From assembly GCF_036365525.1 (NCBI RefSeq), contig NC_090404.1, forward strand, positions 6,634,001 through 6,698,000: a stretch of 64,000 nt of DNA, given 5' to 3'. Positions within the stretch are counted from its first letter, which is position 1, and each line of letters begins with the position of its first letter. The position numbers and the translations under genes are program-made. The stretch is from Heterodontus francisci. Lineage: Eukaryota. Positions 12,760 to 24,329 of this stretch are shown here, piece after piece. The notes below the pieces were generated by a model. It searched no databases. It had not been told where the DNA came from and was given only the letters and a program-made list of their open reading frames with translations.

Positions 12760-15700
12760 ACTGCACTAATCCATATCTCTGTAGTACACCAGGTCTTTCT
12801 CTGTTATTACTGCACTCGTCCATATCTCTGTAATACACCAGGTCCTTCTCTGTTATTACTGCACTAGTCCATATCTCTGCCATACACCAGGTCTTTCTCT
12901 GTCATTACTGCACTAGTCCATATCTCTGCAATACACCAGGTCTTTCTCTGTTCTTACTACACTAGTCCATATCTCTGCAATACACCAGGTCTTTCTCTGT
13001 TATTACTGCACTCGTCCATATCTCTGTAATACACCAGGTCCTTCTCTGTCATTACTGTACTAGTCCATATCTCTGCCATACACCAGGTCTTTCTCTGTTA
13101 TTACTGCACTAGTCCATATTTCTGCAATACACCAGGTCTTTCTCTGTTATTACTACACTAGTCCATATCTCTGCACTACACCAGGTCCTTCTCTGTTATA
13201 ACGACACTAGCCCATATCTCTGCAATACAGCAGGTCTTTCTCTGTTATTACTACACTAGTCCATATGTCTGTAATGCACCAGGTCTTTCTCTGTTATTAC
13301 TACACTAGTCCATATCTCTGCAATACACCAGGTCCTTCTCTGTTATTACTACACTAGTCCATATCTCTGCAATACACCAGGTCTTTCTCTGTTATTACTA
13401 CACTAGCCCTTTCCTATCCTGAGTGGTGTGAAACAGGGCTGTGTTCTCGCACCCACACTTTTTGGGATTTTCTTCTCCCTGCTGCTTTCACATGCGTTCA
13501 AATCCTCTGAAGAAGGAATTTTCCTCCACACAAGATCAGGGGGCAGGTTGTTCAACCTTGCCCGTCTAAGAGCGAAGTCCAAAGTACGGAAAGTCCTCAT
13601 CAGAGAACTCCTCTTTGCTGACGATGCTGCTTTAACATCTCACACTGAAGAATGCCTGCAGAGTCTCATCGACAGGTTTGCGTCTGCCTGCAATGAATTT
13701 GGCCTAACCATCAGCCTCAAGAAAACGAACATCATGGGGCAGGATGTCAGAAATGCTCCATCCATCAATATTGGCGACCACGCTCTGGAAGTGGTTCAAG
13801 AGTTCACCTACCTAGGCTCAACTATCACCAGTAACCTGTCTCTAGATGCAGAAATCAACAAGCGCATGGGTAAGGCTTCCACTGCTATGTCCAGACTGGT
13901 CAAGAGAGTGTGGGAAAATGGCGCACTGACACGGAATACAAAAGTCCGAGTGTATCAGGCCTGTGTCCTCAGTACCTTGCTCTACGGCAGCGAGGCCTGG
14001 ACAACGTATGCCAGCCAAGAGCGACGTCTCAATTCATTCCATCTTCGCTGCCTTCGGAGAATACTTGGCATCAGGTGGCAGGACTATATCTCCAACACAG
14101 AAGTCCTTGAAGCGGCCAACACCCCCAGCTTATACACACTACTGAGTCAGCGGCGCTTGAGATGGCTTGGCCATGTGAGCCGCATGGAAGATGGCAGGAT
14201 CCCCAAAGACACATTGTACAGCGAGCTCGCCACTGGTATCAGACCCACCGGCCGTCCATGTCTCCGTTATAAAGACGTCTGCAAACGTGACATGAAATCG
14301 TGTGACATTGATCACAAGTCGTGGGAGTCAGTTGCCAGCATTCGCCAGAGCTGGCGGGCAGCCATAAAGACAGGGCTAAATTGTGGCGAGTCAAAGAGAC
14401 TTAGTAGTTGGCAGGAAAAAAGACAGAGGCGCAAGGGGAGAGCCAACTGTGCAACAGCCCCAACAAACAAATTTCTCTGCAGCACCTGTGGAAGAGCCTG
14501 TCACTCCAGAATTGGCCTTTATAGCCACTTCAGGCGCTGCTTCACAAACCACTGACCACCTCCAGGCGCGTATCCATTGTCTCTCGAGATAAGGAGGCCC
14601 AAAGAACTACACTAGTCCATATCTCTGCCATACACCAGGTCTTTCTCTGTTATTACTGCACTAGTCCATATTTCTGCAATACACCAGGTCCTTCTCTGTT
14701 ATTACTACACTAGTCCATATCTCTGCAATACACCAGGTCTTTCTCTGTTATTACTACACTAGTCCATATCTCTGCCATACACCAGGTCTTTCTCTGTTAT
14801 TACTGCACTAGTCCATATTTCTGCAATGCACCAGGTCCTTCTCTGTTATTACTACACTAGTCCATATCTCTGCAATACACCAGGTCTTTCTCTGTTATTA
14901 CTACACTAGTCCATATCTCTGCCATACACCAGGTCTTTCTCTGTTATTACTGCACTAGTCCATATCTCTGCAATACACCAGGTCTTTCTCTGTTATTACT
15001 ACACTAGTCCATATCTCTGCCATACACCAGGTCTTTCTCTGTTATTACTGCACTAGTCCATATTTCTGCAATACACCAGGTCCTTCTCTGTTATTACTAC
15101 ACTAGTCCATATCTCTGCCATACACCAGGTCTTTCTCTGTTATTACTGCACTAGTCCATATTTCTGCAATACACCAGGTCCTTCTCTGTTATTACTGCAG
15201 TAGTCCATATCTCTGCCATACACCAGGTCTTTTCTCTGTTGTTCCTGCACAAGTCCATATTTCTGCAATACACCAGGTCTTTCTCTGTTATTACTACACT
15301 AGTCCATATGTCTGTAATGCACCAGGTCTTTCTCTGTTATTACTACACTAGTCCATATCTCTGCAATACACCAGGTCTTTCTCTGTTATTACTACACTAG
15401 TCCATATCTCTGCAATACACCAGGTCTTTCTCTGTTATTACTACACTATTCCATATCTCTGCAATACACCAGGTCCTTTTCTGTTAGTACTGCACTCGTC
15501 CATATCTCTGCAATACACCAGGTCCTTTTCTGTTAGTACTGCACTAGTCCATATCTCTGTAACACACCAGGTCCTTCTCTGTTATTACTGTACTAGTCCA
15601 TATCTCTGTAATACACCAGGTCTTTCTCTGTTATTACTGCACTAGTCCATATCTCTGTAATACACCAGGTCTTTCTCTGCTATTACTGCACTAGTCCATA

Positions 15701-15900
15701 TCTGCAATACACTAGGTCCTTTTCTATTGTTATTGCACTAGTCCATATCTCTGTAATACACCAGGTCCTGTCTCTATTATTACTGCACTAGGCCATATCT
15801 CTGTAATACACCAGGTCCTGTCTCTGTTATTACTGCACTAGGCCATATCTCTATAATACTGCAGGTCCTGTCCCTGTTATTAATGCACTAGCTCATATCT
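12760..15900 (+). repeat. 49-bp minisatellite array (GCAATACACCAGGTCTTTCTCTGTTATTACTACACTAGTCCATATCTCT)n, interrupted by RTE
   Basis: Roughly 40 highly similar 49-bp units with degenerate edges. Confidence 0.95.
13407..14605 (+). mobile_element. 5'-truncated young RTE-clade LINE (copy 2)
   Basis: Open 375-aa RT C-terminus: 'GVKQGCVLAPTLF', 'LLFADDAAL', 'YLGS', C-terminal C2H2-like motif. TSD actacactag at 13397-13406 and 14606-14615. Confidence 0.95.
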
Positions 15901-16254
15901 CTGTTTATATTACACTAGGTCATATCTCAATTATTAGTGCACTGGACCATGTTTCTGTGTATATTTCACTTCTTTCTCTATTCATATGACACTAGGCCTA
16001 TCTTAGTTGTTATATGCGGCTTCAGCACAAGTCTCTGCTTATATTAAACTATGCCATGTCTCAGTTGTTACCCTACTAATTAATGCCACTTTTGACATTG
16101 AACTAAACCCTACCTCAGTTGTTACTGCTCTGGAACATGCTCACAAAGTATTTGTGGTGGAAATACTGAAGGCAACGGTCAGCAAATAATACTGTGCAAA
16201 CAGAAATTGTGCGAAATTTGCTGGAGAGCAGCAAGAGGTATAATAAGCCAGAGT

Positions 16255-16487
16255 CTTCTTTTTTCTTCTTTCTTTCTTTTGGGCCTCCTTATCTCGAGAG
16301 ACAATGGATACGCGCCTGGAGGTGGTCAGTGGTTTGTGAAGCAGCGCCTGGAGTGGCTATAAAGGCCAATTCTGGAGTGACAGGCTCTTCCACAGGTGCT
16401 GCAGAGAAATTTGTTTGTTGGGGCTGTTGCACAGTTGGCTCTCCCCTTGCGCCTCTGTCTTTTTTCCTGCCAACTACTAAGTCTCTT
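16255..16487 (-). mobile_element. RTE 3'-end fragment (copy 3)
   Basis: Near-identical to the 3' end of the other RTE copies, with a T/C-rich (reverse A/G-rich) tail. Confidence 0.9.
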
Positions 16488-16905
16488 ATTACAGGTGTAT
16501 TAACCTCACGTCAGGTATTGGTACAGTTTCATTTTTACTATCACTTGGACAATCATCAGACACTCGATGATATATCAGAAGGTTCTGTGAGACGGTGAGG
16601 TGATCACTGCATAAAAAGGATAGAGACTGGTGGATAGATGCTCATTCTTCTCGATGTGATTTAATCCCCTTTCTAACTGTATACTGGAACAGACAGGCTT
16701 GCTGTGGTAATGGGATGGTCAGTGTGATATCACTTTCTAAAGCGGAGCACACAAGAGAATGAGCTAGCGATAAATGTTCACGGTATTAAACGATCTGCAA
16801 TTCCAGTTTGAATAAAAGAAAAGAAAATGCAGAAAATATCTGATGAAAATAGTTATTTATCTTTGTCGAATGACCTTGTGAGCATGAAGGATGATTTATT
16901 TTGTG

Positions 16906-16937
<32 letters not shown>

Positions 16938-16949
16938 TAAAAGGCTACA

Positions 16950-17660
16950 TTTTGCATACCCTCCATCGCGAGCAGCGGTGGGCGCAAACATGACGGCTGT
17001 CCTACTTGGACCCGCGCTGCAGCGCTGCTATAATTACACAGCGGGCGGCCATTTTACTTATTAACGGCGGCCGCCCCCCAAGCACGTGGCGGGGAGAGCA
17101 CGGCGATGCCATGAACGGCGTCACCTAATGCAAGAGCAGGTGCTGGTGCCATTTTTAAAAAGGCTGTAACCCTGCATTTACTGTCTGCCTTCGTTATGCA
17201 TTCGGCTTCTGAGGCTAAAAGTCCTGGCTCTTCAAAACTTTACTTTAACTGCAAGCAGTCCCCTCAGCATCATTTCAACCATGGCGGGTGGACCATCGAG
17301 GGTGACCCCACGGTTCAGTAATGATTGCCTGCTTATTCTCCCCCAGGCTGTAAGGACCAAGCAAGCCAGGACGGAGATTTCCGAGGCGGTGTGCAGCCAT
17401 GGGGTCACACGACGAGACTGGGTGCAGCGGCATAAGAGGTTGAATGACTCCTTCAGTCAGCCAATGTAAGTAGCACGTTTCCAAATTACTCAGTGTGTTC
17501 TGGTTGTCCCCACATGGTATGTCACATGGGTGCGAGACTGCCATTTCAGAGTCAGTGAAGTTAAAGAGGGTTGATGGCACATGGCTGTCTGCATATCTGA
17601 ATCAAGTCTCCCTCGTTTATATCACAGAGCATGTCAGACACATGACAGGATGAGTCCATA
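16950..17660 (+). mobile_element. Harbinger/PIF-like DNA transposon remnant (Myb/SANT-like ORF)
   Basis: ORF 17281-17469: 'PRFSNDCLLILPQAVR...EISEAVCSHGVTRRDWVQRHKRLND' fits the Myb/SANT-like 'PRFS...W.E....V......R.W.QC.KR.NDL' pattern of Harbinger ORFs. Boundaries are approximate. Confidence 0.6.
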
Positions 17661-17929
17661 TGCCAGACCAGGTATCTCCCAGGTACTGATGAAAGGCCAA
17701 TGTTGATACAACCATGATGTTGACATTTGCACTGGAATGCACTGCCCGAAAGGGTGGTGGATGCAGATTGAATAATAAAAGGGAATTCATTAAATATTTC
17801 AAATGGAACCTTGGTTCCACGTCTAATCTGAAAGACGGTATCTCGGATAGTGCAGCACTCCACTGGAGTACCAGCATATTTGTTGTGCTCATACCCTGGA
17901 GGAGAACTTGAAACTGGAACCTGCTAGGT

Positions 17930-18806
17930 CAGAGGGACGAGTGCTACCAACCAAGCTACTGCTGATGATCAGAAGTTGTTGCTAATTGAAATATAGATCA
18001 AGGAGGCATAGGTAAATGGAACTCCAGGCATTCAACTGTTCAACTTCCGATCTGGATACAGTGTTAAATCAGATAGATTCCGAAACTCTCATGTATTCCC
18101 CTGTAATGTACAGGATGGCCGGTAATACCGACACTGTCTCTGGGTGTGACCTTAAATCCAACTCCAGAATAGCTCTGCCATTCTGGAAATTGTACTGGAT
18201 CATTCCACCATTTAGTAGGTAACCAAGAAGCGCACAGTAATCCAAAGGTTATGTGGATGCAGTCTGTCATTTTCCACTAAAGAAACTGGAATGTACTGTG
18301 AATCGTTCAAGAATTGGTGATCATTAATAGATTGAGAAACATCAATCTTCTGGGAATGGTGAAAGGGTTGGGAATCATTGACAGATCGAGAGACATCAAT
18401 CAGTTGCCAGCTATCAATTGTTTGAGAAAGTTGATGGTAGTGGATGTATCAATAGATTGGAACAATCAACGGATTAGAAATATCTAATGTTTGCGAAACA
18501 CGATGAAGAGCAAAAATATTAAGACATATCATTTGCTTTGAATATGGCACCCGATTGACCCCTTCCTCTTGTCTAAGAGAGAAATACCTATTCATCCTGA
18601 AATGTCTCTCCATCCGTTTCTGTCAGCTGACACAGAGACAGTTTGTTACTCCTACTGGTGGGAACGGGAACTGTGCACAAACTGGATTATTATTCCCAGA
18701 TTACGGGAGACAACCTCTCATACGGGGAGGGGTGGGGGGAATCAATCAGGAATCGCTCAACTCGGTGCCATTCCCTAAAAATAAATTACCAATTATACCT
18801 CAATAT
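17930..18806 (+). repeat. IgH-cluster 5' flank block, copy A (paralogous to 61510-62387)
   Basis: Colinear similarity over ~0.9 kb, e.g. 'gaccttaaatcca', 'ggatgtatcaatagattggaaca', 'cacagagacagtttgttactcct', 'caactcgg(t/c)gccattccc'. Confidence 0.9.
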
Positions 18807-19065
18807 AGAGACCAGGAAACCCGAAGGCTCCCTGAGACTGACCTGCAAAACCAGCGGGTTTGATGTTGGCAGTTATTACATGCAGTGGGTCCGACAGGTT
18901 CCCGGGCAGGGGCTGGAGTGCTTGCCATGGTACTATATATACCCCAGAGATTAAAGATCGATTTACTGCGTCCAAAGACACTTCAAACAACATCTTCGCT
19001 TTGCACATGAAGAACCTGAAGACGGAAGACACCGCCATCTATTACTGTGCAAGACGGCAGTGGGT
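18807..19065 (+). pseudogene. IGHV: IgM VH pseudogene, 5'-truncated, frameshifted in CDR2, germline-joined to D1 (VD1)
   Basis: Frame 1: [39 protein letters not shown]. Frame 2: [39 protein letters not shown]. Deletion/frameshift at ~18937. No leader or FR1 start. Eleven extra nt (cggcagtgggt, 19055-19065) follow the CAR codons. Confidence 0.95.
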
Positions 19066-19103
19066 CACGGTGCTGTGCAGAGCGAGTTCCTCATACAAAG
19101 ATC
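19066..19103 (+). other. Recombination signal sequence, 22-bp spacer (D1-type 3' RSS)
   Basis: Heptamer CACGGTG 19066-19072, 22-nt spacer, nonamer ACAAAGATC 19095-19103. Confidence 0.9.
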
Positions 19104-19401
19104 GGGGGTTTGCTCAAACCTACAATCACTACCAGGCAGATGGGCTATAAACAATGAGGAATGAATACAAACAATGGTGAAACGCAAGACAGAGTTGTAA
19201 AAATCTATAAAAGTCTCCTGCTTTATTCGTGTTGACTTTCATGCTAAATCAGCACAGATGCTTCAGAAGTATTCCAATCCCCTCTATAATGACCTATACG
19301 AGTGAATTATCTCACTGATGTACTCTTCGGGGAGTCTGAGTCAGGTTTTTGAGAGTGCTGTGGAATTTAATCTCTGTATTTTACAGTGCACAGTCCACCG
19401 C

Positions 19402-19470
19402 AGTATTTGACATTGTGTGTCTCACTGTGATATACTGGATGGCACAGCAGTTACTGTCAATACAATAAGT
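19402..19470 (+). other. IgH D2 segment (ATATACTGGATGG, 19430-19442) flanked by two 12-bp-spacer RSSs
   Basis: AGTATTTGA-12-CACTGTG (19402-19429) | D | CACAGCA-12-ACAATAAGT (19443-19470). Confidence 0.92.
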
Positions 19471-19796
19471 CCCTCAGCACTAATTGATGAGTCTGGGTCA
19501 GTGCTCGTTTTTACAATCCAACTGTATATGCAGTGAAGTACTCTTTGTGCCCAGCACTGTCCTCCTAGCATGCTTTATTATGGATAAATTGTTATAATTA
19601 TTCATTCATCAGTTGGTGATTTCAGTAAGTGCCGATATGTTACTGTGTGAAATATAAAACATCAGGGTAATGTATCAACAGTGAACAGGATCATTAACAC
19701 AGTTATAATTTTATGAAGAACCATCATGATTTATTTTGCCTCTGGGCTGTGGATATTTGAAATAATGATGGATTTCTCTCTATTCTGTGCAGAGCC

Positions 19797-19883
19797 GGTT
19801 ATTGTGTGACCCAGTCCAGGGAATGTAACACTGTGACTATGTCGAGTACTGGGGACAAGGGACCATGGTGACGGTGACTGCAG
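19797..19883 (+). other. IGHJ: JH segment with 23-bp-spacer RSS (coding 19836-19883: YVEYWGQGTMVTVTA)
   Basis: GGTTATTGT-23-CACTGTG (19797-19835), WGQG motif, splice donor G|GTAAG at 19884. Confidence 0.96.
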
Positions 19884-19969
19884 GTAAGGAACATGCATTT
19901 ATTCAGTAACTGTTTTATATAATATTTCTGTTTATTTTAATGATTCAAAGGTTCACTGAAATGTGGATT

Positions 19970-21130
19970 CGGTGGATTCTGTATTGAGATTTGTTGCAAT
20001 GTTTGATGTGATTCTGCTGTAAAAGGATTAAAGATTTTAAAGGTTTCTCCACAATCGGTGCTGTTGAGGGATTCAGCCCCTGATTGATGTGATTTGGTGT
20101 TTATTTGCTGATGAGACTGTGTGTTTGAGCCACTTTAAATACATAATTGTAGTTAAACTTTTTGACGTTTCTACAATGTTTAATCTCGGTGACATGTAGT
20201 TGTTGCAGGGTTTCTGATCGAACACAAACAATAAGTGTTTAAATATGTTTGAAATAAAATTGTATGCAGAAAGCTTCAGTGGTCAAAAATAGCCTTGCAA
20301 TATTTTGATCTATTTTTATTTGTGGTAATTAACTTGCCATCTATCAATCTACTGCTCACGAATGCTCATATGTAAGACAATAAATTTTGATGTAATTAAG
20401 AACGATATAAATCACAGATTTTCAGCTTTCATCAGTTTTACATTAATATAACCTCACTTATTATAATGCAGTGATATGAGCCAATATCAATGAAATATGC
20501 TATATCAATATTTATTTATGAAAAATGTTCTCTGTACTGACAATTTTGCTGCCATTATTTTATATATCTAATAATTCAGAGACAGGCGTGCTCGGTGGAT
20601 TCTGTTTTGAGTTTTTTTTTGCAATGTTACATTTGATTCTGCTGAAAGTGTTTGTTGAATTCAGCTGCTTCTCCATGCAACGTACTGAGGCGGGATTCAG
20701 CCCCTCAGTGATGTGAGTCGGTGTCTGTCTGCTGAGGAGAGTATGTGTCTGTATTATAAAGTAACATTTGTGAAGCTAGCGTTTCTGCTTTGTTTAACCT
20801 CGGTGACATCGAGCGGCTGCAGATTTTCTCATCGAATGGAAACATTCCACGTGTTTAAAACTAAAGAAATGGTAGCAGGAAAACTGCCATGTTTCAGAAA
20901 TGAGAAAAACGCTTTAAAATATTACAAGGCATTTAAAAAAAATTAACTGATAATTGCAGATTAAACTATTAAACCATAGTTTGCGACGTTCCTTCAGCAC
21001 GTGAAATGTTACTGCAATTACAAATTGCATAAGTAGCAAGCTTGCAGAATGGAGAGTTAAATTAATGTAATTCAAACAATTATAATGCGACAATATGTCC
21101 TCATTTAAACCAAATATGCTTTAATATTAA
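19970..21130 (+). repeat. Old tandem duplication (~620-bp period) at the start of the J-C intron
   Basis: 'cggtggattctgt..tgag', 'gggattcagcccct', 'tgtttaa.ctcggtgacat' and 'attataatgc' occur in the same order at ~19970-20520 and ~20593-21130. Confidence 0.75.
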
Positions 21131-24100
21131 CATGACTTCATTATTCATTAATTGCTTTTCACAATTCTGGTGTGCCATGTGCACAATTATCGTGACCAGA
21201 AAATGTTATGGGCTGGAGACGATTTTTAATTATGCTTGAAATTATTTCAATAAGAGCGTACTTATTCCAGTGCTGTGTTCAGTTTGATAAGCGCTTTTGA
21301 ATTAATTGTTATATTCCTGATTAAAACAGATGAATGTCAGCTTGTATTTACTTATAACTTCAATAGGAGTTGTAAATTGCAGTTTGTTGATGTAATATAT
21401 CTGTCTGGTTATTACATTCTTTGCGTGCAGCCCAAACAATGTTCTTCCTTCAATGTCATTTGTTGTTGGATAGTGAGATAATTATCACTAATCTAATATT
21501 AACCATTTTCCTGAGACAGGAAGTCACTGGCAGTCAAAGAATTGTTCATATGATTTTAGTTAATTAATTACAAAAGGTTAATGTTAGTTTTGTATTCAAT
21601 AACAATATCCAATCTCCCATAGCTGTGCGACACATAGGATAGAATTATAGGCAAATAACAGATTATACCTGAGAGTTATGCTTAATTGTTATTAAATGTT
21701 AAATTGATCAACAAAATCTCGGTTACATTTGGTCATTAAGTTTCAAATCCCGCAGGTGATCTGAAGAACTTTTCTCGTCCAATTTTACTGTGATCGTTTT
21801 AGAGCTTCTTTCAATAAAAAAACCACAATATATATACCAATTAATTTACAGGGATTGTGTGAATTATGGGAGTGAAATAGAAAAACATTGTGTAATTAAA
21901 TAGAGGCAGCACACTTACTGATCGCAAACTACCCGGATGCTTTTGATTTTTTTTCTTATATAATTAAGATCTATGACAATATTTAAACACGAGAGTACTG
22001 CTTTCACAAACAGGTGATGTCACAGCCCATGGACAGTTAGTGAGATGTGGTCCTCGCTAGGCTTGAAATTATTTAAAATAGTCCACTCTTAAATCCATCT
22101 TGTGAAATACTCGCTGAGAATTGACGGAGTTTATGACATATCAACACATTCAGATGCATGCACAGTTACAAGATTGTGGATAGAAAGCAGGGCAGGACTA
22201 GAAATTATTGTTCATTTTAAAAGTAAAAGTAATATATTTGTCTGAATGTTTTCATCTAGTGATATGACGTTTATTGTTCAGTATTGATTAAGTGTCAAAA
22301 TAATTTAATTAAAACCCCTCATTTCACATAGTGCCAGGCAGAAACTGGTCTTGAATTATTATTAACTAATCTTTAAAAATACAATATAAAATCAGCTAAC
22401 ATGAATATTAACCAAGGATATAATAGTGATAATTAATTAAACATAAATGGCCTCCCACAATTGAGTAGTATACTTGCCTGGATTCCAATGAGTACAAAAT
22501 CTCAAGCGTCAGAGAGAATTTTGAATTATGTCTAAAAATAACTTCGAGAACAACACATTTCTTACTCAGCTGTTCTCAGCTCGAAAGGGTGTCACCGTAC
22601 ATTTTAATGAAATAACTTTGTGTATTTCCTCAATTATTTTTTGGTAACATTTAGTTATGAAATCGTATCAAACCAGTGGATAATCGGTTTGCAATTAAAT
22701 GTCTCCTAATTTTCTAAATTCTTTCTCTGTCACTGAGTTCCTGTTACGGACATCAAATTTTCCTGAATGTGAATTGTTTTGATGTGCTCATTTTAAGGGA
22801 AACTATATGTTACATGTTTTTAAGATTGAAAACAGACAGGGAGAAACAGTTGGAGGTAGACGGGAGTTTTTGAAATTACTATCAGTTAAATTCCAAAGAG
22901 CTTATATATTTGGAGTGGTCATAATTTGACAATTGATAAATTACAATTAACCAGCTTCATTGAAATTGACAGATTGAACAAATCCATCTGCTGAGAGCCC
23001 GATCGTGGCACCGTTTGTGCCGTTCTGTATCTGTGCGCCTGCTCACTGTGTCGGGACGAGGGCTCCTCCCTACAGGTGGTTAGCAGTATGGTTCATTCTC
23101 CTGCATTTCAAGGAGCGAAACTTGATCGATTTATTTAAGAAAGTTGTATCTCTGAGAAACCTAAAATTTCGACTTTCAGTTTGATGAGGTGTCTCAGCAA
23201 TGAGATCAGTATTCTAGTCTGTGACAATCAGAAATAACAGTTCAGAGACACGACAGACAGACTATAGAAGGAGATTTGGTCAGTTTGCAATCATTATGTA
23301 CCTCCCTTGGGAGAGTTTGTTTCGGCAATGTACAGGAAGCTTTATTGTATATTTAATGCATGCTGCAACTGTCCTCGGTCCATTTGATGGGGACAGTGTA
23401 GAAGGAAAAATTACTCTGTATCTAAACCGAGTTGAACGGGCCCTGAATATATTTGATGAGATAGTGTAGAGGGAACTTTATTTGATATTAAACCTGTCCT
23501 GTACCTGACTCAGAGTGACAGTGCAGTATGGAGGTGGTTTTCCACGGAAAATAAGACTTGCGACGTCGGACCTTACAGCTCATAATAGGACCGCATAGAG
23601 GGATCTTTAATTTACAGCTTAACTGTCCTGTACCTGACCTGAGAATTTTTTCCCTGCAGTGTTCAGGGAATCTAAATCTGCATCTAACTAATAAGCTGTG
23701 AGTTCTCGACCCAATTATATGAAAATAGATTATTCCATTATCCAGATGAAACAACGCACATGAATTGATTTTAACATTCATTCAAACCCACATTTTAATG
23801 ACTTAATAATGTTTAAACATGTTAAGTGCTAGATATTTTCAGGAAGTCACTGCAACGCCCCAGAGAACAGCATCTGTTCTGATCTGATGGGAGATTGGAA
23901 GTTAGTTTGGCGATTTAAGTGCAGACAGTCGAGACTCCCGCTCCCAATAACCATCATGATAATCTCATGTTTGAAGCCAGTATTTTGTTCAAGTATTTTC
24001 AAAAGGTAACAGGCAGTGAAAACATCTGGTGTGATGTAGTTACTGGACTGGGTCACAGCAGAGGGCACAAAGCCACTGAAGTAAGCTTCTGTGAAACTTT

Positions 24101-24329
24101 TGAAGTGATAGAGTTAGCCTGAAATCAATGTAAATTATAATACGCTTTAAGTCTCTGACAGTATCTGATTGACTCATTTGTAATAAATCCGTCAGATCCT
24201 CTTATTTTAAAAACCCTCTTTCATTATAACAGGCAATAAAATATATGTCACAGAGATGTTCAAATTTATGAATCCTTTCCTCCTATTAAATTGGGAAGAA
24301 TTAATTCTACTGAGTCGGGTAGAATCATA

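Noticed and set aside
12760-15900. Regular repeat array beside an RT ORF, superficially CRISPR- or retron-like
   Set aside because: Units are contiguous with no unique spacers, the RT is an RTE LINE inserted with a TSD, and the context is vertebrate.
24035-24075. D2-like 'tactggactgggt CACAGCA'
   Set aside because: No nonamer and no 5' RSS.
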